Positions 10,645 to 21,350 of a DNA stretch of 64,000 nucleotides are shown here, one piece after another. The notes under the pieces were generated by a model. It had not been told where the DNA came from and ran no database searches. It saw only the letters and a list, made by a program, of their open reading frames with translations. Source of the stretch: Cyanobacteriota bacterium (GTDB taxonomy: Bacteria; Cyanobacteriota; Cyanobacteriia; Thermostichales; Thermostichaceae); NCBI GenBank assembly GCA_033764955.1, contig JANRIL010000015.1, forward strand, positions 32,001-96,000, given 5' to 3'. A program made the position numbers and the translations under genes. Position 1 is the stretch's first letter, and each line of letters starts with the position of its first letter.

Positions 10645-11208
10645 TTAGGTTACCTTTTGCTCCACCCCAAATCCCACTAAGATGACCTCTTGCAACGGTT
10701 GTCCGCTCTGCGGACGCTGATAGGTGAGGATTTGCCGAATCCGTAGCCGCGGGTTGATCAGGGTAATCGAATCCACCGCCACCATCTGGGTATAAGTGGT
10801 GGTCATGAGCAACCGTAAACCTTCCGGCTCAAAGCGAAAATGTGCCACAATCGGGCGATCTTCCTGATAAGCTCGATCCCTCAGATAGTCTCCCTCTAGG
10901 GATCCCTCAACCTCCCGCTGCGGCAAAAACAGCATATTCAGTTCTTGGGCTACCTCGTCGCCAAACTCAGAAACCGTTTCAAAACCCAAATGAAAGCCCA
11001 ATAAGCCGTTGATCTCCGGTTGAGAAGGATAGTGGTTGTCGTGCAAAACCTTATCTTTGAAGGCCGGCGTTAGGGTGCGAATCGTAAAGGTTGTATGGGA
11101 TCGCTCTACCGTTTGCCGGGGCATGTCGTGGTAAGTGCGCTCTGTTTTCCAACCCCCGATACAGCAATCAAAAAAATAGTGAAATCGATCTAACGCCGCC
11201 GTCATCAC
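10645..11208 (-). CDS. CpcS/CpeS-type phycobiliprotein lyase
   Basis: FF..CIGGWKTERTYH N-terminal motif, YLRDRAY, LRIRQI beta-barrel lyase pattern. Confidence 0.8.
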   Translation of the reverse strand: MMTAALDRFHYFFDCCIGGWKTERTYHDMPRQTVERSHTTFTIRTLTPAFKDKVLHDNHYPSQPEINGLLGFHLGFETVSEFGDEVAQELNMLFLPQREVEGSLEGDYLRDRAYQEDRPIVAHFRFEPEGLRLLMTTTYTQMVAVDSITLINPRLRIRQILTYQRPQSGQPLQEVILVGFGVEQKVT

Positions 11209-11335
11209 CTGAACCTGCCCCAGAACTACGGATCTACCCCAAAGGGATCCCTACCATCTGCTCGTCATATCTGCTCGTCAATGATTCAGTATCTAATGAA
11301 AGGGATGCGGGGAAAAGGGGTTGTGTGGAGCAGCC

Positions 11336-12652
11336 TCAAGAGCGAGATAAAGCCAGCCCGAAGTCAGCCGAGGCATCCCTGAGGAAGTGGAGAGCCGCCA
11401 TAAACTGCGGATCCTGCTCGCTGGCTACCTGCTCATAGCTGAGGGGTTGTTGGGGCAATTCCACAACGAAGTCAGGGTGGATCCCTAATTTATTGATATC
11501 GCGTCCCTGAGGAGTCATGTATTTGGCCGTCGTAATCGCTAATCCTGAGCCATCGGGCAAATCAAACAACGATTGAATCAGCCCCTTGCCAAAGGTTTGG
11601 GTTCCCACCAACACGGCTCGTTTGGCATCCTGGAGGGCACCCGCCAAGACTTCACTGGCACTGGCACTTCCCTGGTTGACCAGCACCACCAAAGGAGCCG
11701 TCGTCAGCACACTGGAATTGGCGCGGATACTATCCTGAATGCCGTTACGATCCGTGACCAAAACAATATCTCCCTCCCCGATCCACATTTGGGCAATCTC
11801 TATGGCCGCCTGCAAGAGTCCGCCGGGGTTATTTCGCAAATCTAAGATATAGCCCGCCACCGGCTGGGCTTCCGCCGCCACAATCGCTTGCTTCACTTCC
11901 TGGGCAGCATTGCCATTAAATTGATTGAGGCGAATGTAGGCGACCGTTTCCCCCGCCCGCCGCCCCGCCACCCACTTGCTGCGTACCGGGTGAATAGAGA
12001 TGGCCGCCCGTAGCAAGCGCACCGACATCTGTCGTTCTCCCCTTTGCAGCCAGAGATCCACCCCCGTACCCGAAGCGCCCCGCATTTTTTCGGCCACCGC
12101 ATCCAAGCTCATCCCTGCCGTGGGTTGCTGGTCAATGGCTACAATTTGATCCCCTGTCAAAATTCCCGCTTGATCGGCTGGACTACCTTCAATCGGACTG
12201 ATCACCATGACTCGCCCCGCCTCATCAATGGCGATTTGCAAACCTACCCCATTTAACTCTCCAGCCGTCGAGGTTTGCAGACTTTGGTAATGCTGCCGAT
12301 CCAGAAAGCGAGTAAAAGGATCCCCCAAGCTGGTCAGCATTCCCTCGATGGCATGATAAGTTGCCTCCCGATCCGGTAAGGGTTGAGCCAGAGCTTTTTG
12401 CCGCACCGACCACCAATTTTGTCCATTAAAGGTGGGATCCACATAGGCGCGATCCACCAATGTCCACGCCGTCGCCAGCAGTTTTTGTTCATCCCCCCAC
12501 TTGAGGCTGGCGGCTTGGGCTTGACAAACCAGTAGATGGAGGCTGAGCCAGCCGATCAACACCCAAACCCCCACCTGCTTGAGGGAAGACCATAGAGGGG
12601 ATCCCGTCCCTGAGCGAGGAGACCAAAACGAATCGCGTGCTCGTCCTTTCAT
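11336..12652 (-). CDS. ctpA: C-terminal processing peptidase (S41A, PDZ domain)
   Basis: LGDPFTRFL, GVGLQI, LDLRNNPGGLL, SASASEVLAGAL, TFGKGLIQ; divergent from petB as is common in cyanobacteria. Confidence 0.92.
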   Translation of the reverse strand: MKGRARDSFWSPRSGTGSPLWSSLKQVGVWVLIGWLSLHLLVCQAQAASLKWGDEQKLLATAWTLVDRAYVDPTFNGQNWWSVRQKALAQPLPDREATYHAIEGMLTSLGDPFTRFLDRQHYQSLQTSTAGELNGVGLQIAIDEAGRVMVISPIEGSPADQAGILTGDQIVAIDQQPTAGMSLDAVAEKMRGASGTGVDLWLQRGERQMSVRLLRAAISIHPVRSKWVAGRRAGETVAYIRLNQFNGNAAQEVKQAIVAAEAQPVAGYILDLRNNPGGLLQAAIEIAQMWIGEGDIVLVTDRNGIQDSIRANSSVLTTAPLVVLVNQGSASASEVLAGALQDAKRAVLVGTQTFGKGLIQSLFDLPDGSGLAITTAKYMTPQGRDINKLGIHPDFVVELPQQPLSYEQVASEQDPQFMAALHFLRDASADFGLALSRS

Positions 12653-12839
12653 GAGTCGTGATTGCCTTATCGTTCAGCAATTGTAAACACAGCTTTGATA
12701 CGTTTCTTTACTTTTTTCGGTCATTGGCCGATTTCTCTGGAAGTTAGCCCCCATTCCTCCTGAGAGAGGCGCAAGGGATCCGGTTTTCTCATGTTAAATT
12801 GCTTAAGAAGAGATAAGTAACTTCAGGATTCGCAGTTTT

Positions 12840-13487
12840 ATGAGCAAGGTTTACGACTGGTTAGACGAGCGGCTAGAAATCACCCCCTTTGTGGATGATG
12901 CCACGGGCAAGTTTATTCCTCCGCATGTCAACATCTTTTATTGTTTGGGTGGCGTGACGCTGGTTTGCTTTCTCATCCAGTTTGCCACGGGCTTTGCCAT
13001 GACCTTTTATTACCGTCCCACTGTCACCGAAGCCTTTGAGTCCGTGAACATGATCATGACGCAGGTCAACTTTGGTTGGCTGCTCCGCTCCATCCATCGG
13101 TGGAGTGCGTCCATGATGGTGCTAGTGATGATTCTTCACACCTTCCGTGTCTATCTAACGGGCGGCTTCAAAAAACCCAGAGAGCTGACTTGGGTAACTG
13201 GAGTTGTCTTGGCGGTGCTGACGGTTTCCTTTGGGGTGACGGGCTACTCCTTGCCCTGGGATCAAGTTGGCTACTGGGCCGTGAAAATTGTCTCTGGGGT
13301 GCCGAGTGCGATTCCTGTTGTGGGCACCACGCTAGTAGAGCTGATTCGCGGTGGGGAAAGTGTAGGGCAAGGAACCCTCACTCGTTTTTATAGCCTGCAC
13401 ACCTTTGTGTTGCCTTGGTTGATTGCTGTATTTATGACTATGCACTTCTTGATGATCCGTCGCCAAGGCATTTCGGGGCCATTGTAA
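12840..13487 (+). CDS. petB: Cytochrome b6
   Basis: [41 protein letters not shown]. Confidence 0.99.
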   Translation: MSKVYDWLDERLEITPFVDDATGKFIPPHVNIFYCLGGVTLVCFLIQFATGFAMTFYYRPTVTEAFESVNMIMTQVNFGWLLRSIHRWSASMMVLVMILHTFRVYLTGGFKKPRELTWVTGVVLAVLTVSFGVTGYSLPWDQVGYWAVKIVSGVPSAIPVVGTTLVELIRGGESVGQGTLTRFYSLHTFVLPWLIAVFMTMHFLMIRRQGISGPL

Positions 13488-13613
13488 GCGCCGCCAGCCT
13501 AAAATCATCATGGATGCCATAATTCAGAAATCATCAGGATCCTGTTAGGACAAGAGTTTGACGATCTTTTCTTTTATCCATCATTATTAGCAAGTTGCAC
13601 AAGGAGAGTATTC

Positions 13614-14126
13614 ATGGCTGTTTCTAAAGAGGCAATTGCCCGCGAAGCCATTACCCGCAAAGTGGATCTCGACAACCCCAAAGTGGTTGCCAAGCTGAAA
13701 AAGAATATGGGTCACATGACCTACGGTGAACCCGCTTGGCCCAACGATCTCCTGTTTATGTTCCCCGTCGTGATTTTGGGCACGATTGCTATGAATGTGG
13801 CCTTGGCGGTTATGGATCCGGCGGGTGTCGGCGAGGCGGCGGATCCGTTTGCTACTCCCCTCGAAATCCTGCCAGAGTGGTATCTCTACCCTGCTTTTCA
13901 CCTTCTGCGGATTGCTCCTAACAAATTGTTAGGCATCGCCTTGATGTCTGCCATCCCAGCGTTGTTGATGCTGGTGCCCTTTATCGAAAATGTTAATAAG
14001 TTCCAGAATCCCTTGCGTCGTCCGGTGGCCACCACGGTCTTTTTATTCGGAACTCTCGTTACCCTTTATTTGGGGATTGGAGCTACCTTACCGTTGGATA
14101 AGTGGGTGACCTTGGGATTGTTTTAG
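13614..14126 (+). CDS. petD: Cytochrome b6f subunit IV
   Basis: [31 protein letters not shown]; follows petB. Confidence 0.98.
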   Translation: MAVSKEAIAREAITRKVDLDNPKVVAKLKKNMGHMTYGEPAWPNDLLFMFPVVILGTIAMNVALAVMDPAGVGEAADPFATPLEILPEWYLYPAFHLLRIAPNKLLGIALMSAIPALLMLVPFIENVNKFQNPLRRPVATTVFLFGTLVTLYLGIGATLPLDKWVTLGLF

Positions 14127-14465
14127 GGTGTTTGGGTTGTTTACCACTGCCTGCCGATCCCTCTCCGAATGCCACTCCTTGAGAGGAGGTATGGAGATTA
14201 AGGGGCATGTATAAACCTATGCGGTGTGGAGGACTTCGCCATGCCGCCTTTCTTACAGCCTGCCATCCATAGGGGATCCCGTCCCACAGAAGCTAATCTT
14301 AAGCTATGCGGAGAGGAATCAGGAGGGCTTTCCCAGATTGACAAGCAGCCAGCTATGATGAGAGGCAGAAGGTAAGGGATAAAAGGAGTGGGTTTTGAAC
14401 CTACATATCCTTGCTCAAAGCTTCAGGGAATTTTTTGGTGTGATACGTGTGAGGAGTGGAAGCCT

Positions 14466-15404
14466 GTGAATTTTGGGCGAGTGCTAACGGCGATGGTGAC
14501 TCCCTTTCAAGATAATGGGGAGGTTCATTATGGGGAGGCCGCTCGTCTAGCCGCCTATTTAGCCGATAACGGCTCCGATGCTCTAGTGGTCTGCGGCACA
14601 ACCGGCGAATCTCCCACCCTGACTTGGGAAGAGGAATACCAGCTTTTTCAGGTGGTGCAGCAGGCGGTAGCGGGCAAAGCCAAGGTGATTGCGGGAACGG
14701 GATCCAATTCCACCCGTGAAGCGATTGCTGCCACCCGCAAGGCAGCTCAACTGGGTTTGGATGGATCCCTGCAAGTTGTTCCCTATTACAACAAACCCTC
14801 TCAATCTGGCCTCTATCAACACTTTAAGGCAATCGCGGAGTCTAGCCCTCTCCCCATCCTCCTCTACAACATTCCTAGCCGCACCGGAGCTAGTTTGCAG
14901 CCAGAGACCGTTGCCCGCCTAGCCGATCTCGATACCATTGTGGCGATCAAGGAAGCCAGTGGTAGCATGGATATAACCTCTCAAATTCGCCGATTGACTC
15001 CCAGCCATTTTGCCATTTACTCTGGGGATGACTCCTTAACCCTACCGATGTTGGCTCTCGGTGCGAGCGGAGTTGTGAGTGTGGCTAGCCACTTGGTGGG
15101 GGCAAAAATGCAGGAGATGATCCAAGCTTTTCAGGCGGGTCGGGTTCAATCTGCTCTTGAGATTCATCTCACCCTCTTACCGTTGTTCAAGGATTTGTTC
15201 ATTGACACGAATCCCATTCCCATCAAATCTGCTTTGCAGATGCAGGGCTGGAAGGTTGGTTCTGTGCGGTTACCGTTGTTCCCTATGGCAGAAGGATTGG
15301 TCAGTCAGTTGCGCTTGACACTGCTGGATGCTGGACTGCTGCCCGTAGATTCCCCTTTGCCTTTAGCCAGCGATGCTGCCCGTAGTTTGAGCGCTCGAGC
15401 ATAA
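14466..15404 (+). CDS. dapA: 4-hydroxy-tetrahydrodipicolinate synthase
   Basis: GTG start after [42 protein letters not shown]. Confidence 0.97.
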   Translation: MNFGRVLTAMVTPFQDNGEVHYGEAARLAAYLADNGSDALVVCGTTGESPTLTWEEEYQLFQVVQQAVAGKAKVIAGTGSNSTREAIAATRKAAQLGLDGSLQVVPYYNKPSQSGLYQHFKAIAESSPLPILLYNIPSRTGASLQPETVARLADLDTIVAIKEASGSMDITSQIRRLTPSHFAIYSGDDSLTLPMLALGASGVVSVASHLVGAKMQEMIQAFQAGRVQSALEIHLTLLPLFKDLFIDTNPIPIKSALQMQGWKVGSVRLPLFPMAEGLVSQLRLTLLDAGLLPVDSPLPLASDAARSLSARA

Positions 15405-15804
15405 AGCTATTGGAGTCTAAAACTATCTCACCACTCGCTCTTCTCAGGGCTTGAGCCGATTATCAAGATGGAATCATCAGCATGGAATTAGTTTAATCAG
15501 GATGGATGGTAGTGGGTAGCATGGCAAGTCAATGGCCTGAAGTGGGGATAATCTGGGATCCTGCCGGTAGAAAACTATCCAGAAGCAATCCGTTTGGCGG
15601 GATCCACGGCGATAGGCAGTTAAGCCCTGTGATCAGTCCCTAAGCAAAGTTTTTGTGCCCTGGAGGAGTGAACGGCAACCTGACAGCTTGTCAAGATGGC
15701 TTATCAGAATGTCTTGATGCGTGCTCAGGATCCCTGACTCCGACTCTCGATACCCAGGCCCTGTTGAGGTGTTCGTTATTTTTACGTTGAGGAATCTTAC
15801 CCCT

Positions 15805-17649
15805 ATGTCGATGTCTACTCATCCTGCTCGTCCGTCCAGCAAACCGACTCCAGTCCAACTCATTCCTCTGGGAGGAGAACAGGAAATCGGTAAGAATACC
15901 TGGGCTTTCCGCTACGAGGATGAAATTATCCTGTTGGATGCGGGACTGGCTTTTCCTGATGAGAGTATGCATGGGATCAATATCGTGTTGCCCGATATGA
16001 CCTATGTGAAAGAGAATCGGGACAAAATTCGCGGTATGGTGGTCACCCACGGGCATGAAGACCATATTGGCGGGATCCCCTATCACCTACGGGACTTTGA
16101 GATCCCCGTCATCTATGGCCCTAAGTTGGCGCTCGCCCTCCTGGAGGAAAAGCTGAGGGAAGCTGGCCTACTCCATAAAACCGAACTGCGTACCGTCTCT
16201 CCCCGCCAGGTTGTCCCCCTAGGAAAAAACTTTTTTGTGGAGTTTATCCGCAACACCCACTCCTTTGCTGATAGCTTTACGGTGGCTCTGCATACTCCGG
16301 CGGGGGTCGTCATCCAGACAGGAGACTTCAAGATTGACCACACCCCTGTGGATGGGGAATATTTTGATCTGCAACGGCTGGCGGAACATGGCGAGAAAGG
16401 GGTTCTCTGTTTAATCAGTGACTCCACCAATGCAGAAGTGCCCGGTTATACACCCTCGGAGGCATCAGTTATTCCCGGTCTTAGCAAAGCGATTGGGGCG
16501 GCTAAAGGCAGGGCGATCATCACCACTTTTGCTTCTTCGGTTCACCGCATCAATATCATTCTGCAAATCGCGGAACAGCAGGGTCGAGTCGTCTCCTTGC
16601 TGGGACGTTCGATGATCAACGTCGTGGCTCATGCCCGTCGCCTGGGCTACATTCGCTGCAAAGATGAAACCCTGCAACCCATGCACGTGATCAACCACAT
16701 GAAGGATGCCGATGTGATCATCCTCACCACCGGATCCCAGGGGGAACCCTCCGCGGCTCTAACCCGCATTGCCAATGGCGAACATCCCCAGTTGCAGATC
16801 AAGCGGGGAGATACAGTGATCATTTCCGCTAACCCAATTCCGGGCAATGTCATTCCGGTTTCACGGGTGATCGATAAACTGATGAGTTTGGGTGCTCATG
16901 TTGTCTATGGCAAAGAAAAAGGTATCCATGTCTCCGGGCATGGGGCACAGGAGGAGCAAAAGTTAATGCTGGCGCTGACCAAACCCAAATTCTTTGTGCC
17001 TACCCACGGCGAATATCGCATGTTGGTCAAGCACGCCGAAACCGCCATCAGTATGGGGATGCCTCCCGAAAACATTGTGATTGTCAACAATGGCGATGTG
17101 GTGCAGGTGACTGAAGACAAAATTGCTGTGGTGGATCGGGTGGCTTCTGGCATTCAACTGATCGATGGATCCCACGGGGCTGGTGTGGTTGTGGACAAGG
17201 TTATGCAAGAGCGCCAGCAAATCGCCAAGGAAGGCTTAGTGACTGTCGGCATTACGGTGGATCAGGCGGGCAAACTGGTTTATCAGCCACAGGTGAAAAC
17301 CTTTGGCTTGGCTGGGGATCCCCGTGCCATCTCCGCCAATCTTTTACAGCCAACAATCGAGCGGGTTTTGGCTGCCGAGTGGTCTCACTTTGCCCGTGCT
17401 ATGGAGCGGGGTCATGTGGATATTGACTGGACAGGACTAAAAGATGCTGTCGAGAGAGCAGTACGGCGCGTGGTACGCGAACAAATAGCGGGCAAACCCA
17501 CTGTCGTCTTGATGATGCAATCCCCGCCGGTAACGACTCGCTCCACGGGTGAGACAGAAAAGCAAACGGTTACAGATGAGTTGGTTAAGGAAGTGCAGGC
17601 AGCTACCCGTCAACGCAAACGTCGTTCAGCGGCGGTGGCGGCCTCTTAA
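15805..17649 (+). CDS. rnj: Ribonuclease J
   Basis: PLGGEQEIGKN, THGHEDHIGG, TGDFKID, SDSTNAE, TGSQGEP and HVSGHG beta-CASP motifs. Confidence 0.97.
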   Translation: MSMSTHPARPSSKPTPVQLIPLGGEQEIGKNTWAFRYEDEIILLDAGLAFPDESMHGINIVLPDMTYVKENRDKIRGMVVTHGHEDHIGGIPYHLRDFEIPVIYGPKLALALLEEKLREAGLLHKTELRTVSPRQVVPLGKNFFVEFIRNTHSFADSFTVALHTPAGVVIQTGDFKIDHTPVDGEYFDLQRLAEHGEKGVLCLISDSTNAEVPGYTPSEASVIPGLSKAIGAAKGRAIITTFASSVHRINIILQIAEQQGRVVSLLGRSMINVVAHARRLGYIRCKDETLQPMHVINHMKDADVIILTTGSQGEPSAALTRIANGEHPQLQIKRGDTVIISANPIPGNVIPVSRVIDKLMSLGAHVVYGKEKGIHVSGHGAQEEQKLMLALTKPKFFVPTHGEYRMLVKHAETAISMGMPPENIVIVNNGDVVQVTEDKIAVVDRVASGIQLIDGSHGAGVVVDKVMQERQQIAKEGLVTVGITVDQAGKLVYQPQVKTFGLAGDPRAISANLLQPTIERVLAAEWSHFARAMERGHVDIDWTGLKDAVERAVRRVVREQIAGKPTVVLMMQSPPVTTRSTGETEKQTVTDELVKEVQAATRQRKRRSAAVAAS

Positions 17650-17665
17650 CCTCTGCTTAGCTTAC

Positions 17666-17872
17666 TCGGCGGGAAGCCCCGCACCGTAACCGATAGGGTC
17701 GGTGTCGGGATGATAGCCAGGGTCGGCGTACTCCGCACAATTTGGACTAGCCGACCAACTTTTGCTATGGTGTTTCCAAGTGGGGTTGGGCGTCGCCTCA
17801 CTATAAAACGCGAAGTCCTGAAAAGGATAGAGAAGCCCACACCGTATGTTTGCGGTGATGGGAGTACGTCAC
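17666..17872 (+). mobile_element. Non-autonomous IS200/IS605-family remnant (PATE-like, 207 bp)
   Basis: Preceded by TTAC; left hairpin GAAG-CCCCGCACCG...CGGTGTCGGG; right hairpin GAAG-CCCACACCG...CGGTGATGGG ending GTACGTCAC; no tnpA/tnpB ORF. Confidence 0.75.
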
Positions 17873-18012
17873 GGCAAGAAGGGATCTGTCAAAAATCCTG
17901 AAAACTGCTCACCAGAAGCTCCTTTACTGGTGAGTGGTTGACATTCTGGCAGCAACACTAGGTTCTGTTGATCTTTGTCCTTCAATCAGAAAATACCCCC
18001 AGTTCTAGACTC

Positions 18013-18084
18013 GGATCCCCCTAAATCCCCCTTGAAAAGGGGAATTTTGCATCCAGTTCTCCCCTTCTTTCTTAAGGGGGGATC
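18013..18084. repeat. Cyanobacterial REP-like palindromic dispersed repeat
   Basis: GGATCCCCCTAAATCCCCCTTGAAAAGGGG...CCCCTT...TTAAGGGGGGATC between convergent genes. Confidence 0.6.
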
Positions 18085-18116
18085 TCTCCGGTTGCTTTGT
18101 TAAAGATCAACACGAC

Positions 18117-19049
18117 CTAAAGAGTTGAGGCCAAGTTAATCTGTGCAGAAGGGAGGGCTTGAATGGAGAGGCTGTATTCCAACGTATGGCGGGATCCCTC
18201 TCCCCGCAGATAGCCGGTCACCGGAGCCGCATAGGCAGGGTAAGGGCTGGCACAGAGGGCAATATGACCGTCCGCTACTGCCAACCCTTGGGTGGGATCA
18301 AAACCCCGCCACCCCGCCCCCGGCAGATAAACCTCCCCCCAGGCGTGCAGATGGGGGATAGCGTCGGGATCCGGGGTAGAGGTCACGGCGTAACCACTCA
18401 CAAAACGGGTGGCTAATCCGACCGAGCGACAGACCATCATCCAGAGCAGCGCCAAATCTCGACAGGATCCGGCCTTCTGTTGCCAGGTATATCCAGCCGG
18501 CCAGGGATCCCCCACTTCACGGGTGAGATAACGGCATTCCTGGTAGATGCGCTGATTGAGCAAGGCGAGGAAAGAAACCGTATCCGCTTGGGCTTCGATC
18601 AGCAGGTCTTGCCCCAGAGCCGTGACGGAGGGATCCCCGCTGGAGCAGTAGGGCTGGAGTTGCTGCCATAGGAAGATGGGATAATCGATGGGCAAGCGAG
18701 CCGCCCAGGGATGCAGCAAGAAGTCAAAGGGATTGGAGCGGTGGGTCACCACCTGAGACATCGCTAGGATTTCTAACCTCTCTAGGGGTTGACCAAAGCT
18801 GACCTGGGTGAGCACGTTGCCATCCAAATCCAGGCAGGTGGAGCAGTGATCAGGCTGAGGAGTTAGATTGAGGTGGAAGGACTGCAACGTTTGTTCTGCC
18901 CCCGAACGAGGGTGTAGCCGCAGGGTGTGGGGGGCTAGCTGAACGGGTTGAACATAACGATAACGGGTCAGATGTTGGATCTGATAGATCAGGGAGGAGG
19001 GTTCATTCCCAAAACTTGGTTGCACGGATTCAGAATATTTAGGTTTCAA
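18117..19049 (-). CDS. Transglutaminase-like family protein
   Basis: YQIQHLTRYRY N-domain; GSCRDLA, RFVSGY, HAWGEVYLPGAGWRGFDPT (Cys-His-Asp triad); start uncertain. Confidence 0.9.
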   Translation of the reverse strand: MKPKYSESVQPSFGNEPSSLIYQIQHLTRYRYVQPVQLAPHTLRLHPRSGAEQTLQSFHLNLTPQPDHCSTCLDLDGNVLTQVSFGQPLERLEILAMSQVVTHRSNPFDFLLHPWAARLPIDYPIFLWQQLQPYCSSGDPSVTALGQDLLIEAQADTVSFLALLNQRIYQECRYLTREVGDPWPAGYTWQQKAGSCRDLALLWMMVCRSVGLATRFVSGYAVTSTPDPDAIPHLHAWGEVYLPGAGWRGFDPTQGLAVADGHIALCASPYPAYAAPVTGYLRGEGSRHTLEYSLSIQALPSAQINLASTL

Positions 19050-19287
19050 CTGCTCATCTTCTAACCCAAGCGGTCACAGAATACCAGAGGGATCCCTGCT
19101 CTCTCGGATTTCTCCCAAGCTATCGATGGGACAATTCCTACGCATCTTCTCGATTTCTTCTCGGTTTGCCCCCCCAATTCATCCCCTCGGATCCCTACGC
19201 TAAAGGTAGAAACAAAACCCATCGGTTCCCCAGGAATGACCGCTGTCTACCACCGAATTCATGCGTATTTTGCCAGGAGCTACTGCC

Positions 19288-19641
19288 ATGTCTACCACGC
19301 TTATCAATAGGGGTCTTTCCCTTGTCACCCAAGAAGTCAATCAGATATTGAGCACATATCCTTACTATCCTCATCAGCAATTGTTTGCCAATCCAGAATT
19401 AAAGCAAAAGCTGATTGTCAATATTTTGAATCAAATCCCTGGAAATTATCAGCTCATTTCTGAAGCCATCGAAGCATGGGATTGTTCAGAAGTAATAAGC
19501 ATGGATACACCGGAACGTCGGATTCACATTCAAACCTTGATTCATCGGGGTATTGCTGATCTTTTGCAGGAAAACACCAGTTGGATTGGGCTGCAAGCCC
19601 CCAACTATGGCTTAAACAGTCCCTCCAATTGGTTTGGTTAA
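19288..19641 (+). CDS. Conserved cyanobacterial protein, ComFB-like
   Basis: AGGAG RBS; V..EV..IL..YP..P.Q...ILNQIPGNY pattern resembles the ComFB domain. Confidence 0.55.
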   Translation: MSTTLINRGLSLVTQEVNQILSTYPYYPHQQLFANPELKQKLIVNILNQIPGNYQLISEAIEAWDCSEVISMDTPERRIHIQTLIHRGIADLLQENTSWIGLQAPNYGLNSPSNWFG

Positions 19642-19763
19642 GGGTAGCCCCTAAAATTTTTGAAATTTTTGCTACTGTCTTGGTTTATCCGCTTTGCTCG
19701 GTTTTGTCTCCTTGATTGCCCATCCGATTGCCCCTCATTCAACCCGATTCCATAGGTATCTTT

Positions 19764-20009
19764 ATGTACGACTATGCCCATGAGTTTGCCCTCCTCCATC
19801 CTCAACCCCAGCCTACCCCCCAATTGGAGGAAACGATTTTCAGCGAGTGTATGCAACGATTTGCCGAGCGAGTGGGCTATATTGCCAGCCTAGAGCGGCA
19901 TGGTCGCCTCAGCATGGAGCGTTCTTACCTGGAAATCATGTTTCTTTGGGAACAACTGCAACAGTCACGCATAGATTTGGGCATTTCCTTCCCGTCCAAG
20001 GTGCGCTAA
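19764..20009 (+). CDS. Small conserved cyanobacterial hypothetical protein
   Basis: F...MQRFAERVGYIASLERHGRLS.E.SY.EI..LWEQL pattern typical of a small cyanobacterial family. Confidence 0.7.
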   Translation: MYDYAHEFALLHPQPQPTPQLEETIFSECMQRFAERVGYIASLERHGRLSMERSYLEIMFLWEQLQQSRIDLGISFPSKVR

Positions 20010-20015
20010 CCCGCC

Positions 20016-21341
20016 CTATCGGGATCCCTTGCCCAACCATCGTAAGGATGGTGGAGCCAGATCGTTAGTGGCTGGCTGGCCCAACCCCAGGGTTGAACGC
20101 ACTTCCTGCCGCAGGCGGCTGAGAATGGAGGGGCTTTCTAGACGACTTAACAGATGATTGAGAGCCGCCTTGGGGCTATCTTTCCCCCAGCGACTGCCTT
20201 GCCATAGGTAGGTTTGAGCCGCATTCCTCAGCCAATAGCTTCCTAAGAGAGCCGCGCCCATCCCCAACCCTCCCGTTTCCCACCCCCCCCACCCCATCAG
20301 GGATCCCAGATCCGCTAGTAGGAGCAACCCTAGGCTCCAGGCCAGTTTTTTGCCCAGCGGGTGCAACCCATGCCGAGTCAGGGGCAGGTGATAGAAGCGT
20401 GCCATGCCTATGATCATTCCCAGATCCGCCAGCAAGCCCCACAGCAGATCAAAAGCTAGTGCCGGGGTGAGGGCAATCAATAGCGATTTCGCCACACTCA
20501 GGGGATAGCAGAAAGCGGGGTCAGACTGAAGCGCCAGTTGCTTCCTGAGCATTTGCTCGTTGAGGCGATCCAGTTGCACAAGGGCATTCAGCGCCAAGAG
20601 CGCTTCTCCCTCTTTCTGTACAATTTCTCGCAGCCGTTGCCGCAAGGGATCCAAAATCGGTTGTGGGCGTTCCCATTCGATGGTGACGCGCTGATCCGGC
20701 CAATGCACCCGCACTTTGACGGGTTTGGGGGAAGCGGCTACCAAAACGATCTCCGTCGGTGACACCAATTGCCGTAGGCGAGGACTAGTGATTTGGGCGT
20801 AGATCGCCTGTCGATCCTGATCCGGATACAGGTCAATTTTGTTAAACACCAACAGAATCGGTTTTTGCAGGGTGCGTAACTCCAGGAGAGCTTGGTATTC
20901 CAGTTGGGCAATATCTCCAGCAATAACAAACAAAATCAGATCCGCTTTTTGCGCGACATGCCAAGCCAGTTGTGCGCGGGCTCCTCCATTCACTTCATTC
21001 AAGCCAGGGGTATCCACCAACCGCACCCGCATCGGTCGCTGACCCTCCAGACCGGGATCCCATTTCACCATTCGCGGAATATGGGTAACGCCGTTCAGAG
21101 GGCCAATCGCCAGCAATGGTTTTTCGAGCAGTCCGTTGAGCAAAGCTGATTTACCGCGATTGACCATGCCAAACACCGCCACCGTCAAGGTGCGCTGGGT
21201 CAGTTTTTTTTCAATTCTTTGCAGGGTTTGCCACTCCCGTTGAGCGAGGGCTTGCTGGGAGGCAGGCCAAGTTGCCCAGCGCTGGCTGAGGGCTTGCAAA
21301 ATGTGCAAGGCATGGCGGGAGGGATCCGGCAGGGTAGCCAT
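20016..21341 (-). CDS. Era/HSR1-like GTPase with C-terminal membrane (YcjF-like) region
   Basis: GMVNRGKS (G1), DTPG (G3), NKID (G4); hydrophobic C-terminus. Confidence 0.85.
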   Translation of the reverse strand: MATLPDPSRHALHILQALSQRWATWPASQQALAQREWQTLQRIEKKLTQRTLTVAVFGMVNRGKSALLNGLLEKPLLAIGPLNGVTHIPRMVKWDPGLEGQRPMRVRLVDTPGLNEVNGGARAQLAWHVAQKADLILFVIAGDIAQLEYQALLELRTLQKPILLVFNKIDLYPDQDRQAIYAQITSPRLRQLVSPTEIVLVAASPKPVKVRVHWPDQRVTIEWERPQPILDPLRQRLREIVQKEGEALLALNALVQLDRLNEQMLRKQLALQSDPAFCYPLSVAKSLLIALTPALAFDLLWGLLADLGMIIGMARFYHLPLTRHGLHPLGKKLAWSLGLLLLADLGSLMGWGGWETGGLGMGAALLGSYWLRNAAQTYLWQGSRWGKDSPKAALNHLLSRLESPSILSRLRQEVRSTLGLGQPATNDLAPPSLRWLGKGSR

Positions 21342-21350
21342 GGTGGATCC

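Noticed and set aside
17646..17901. 63-64 aa ORFs over the IS remnant
   Set aside because: They span hairpin DNA and have no transposase or TnpB motifs.
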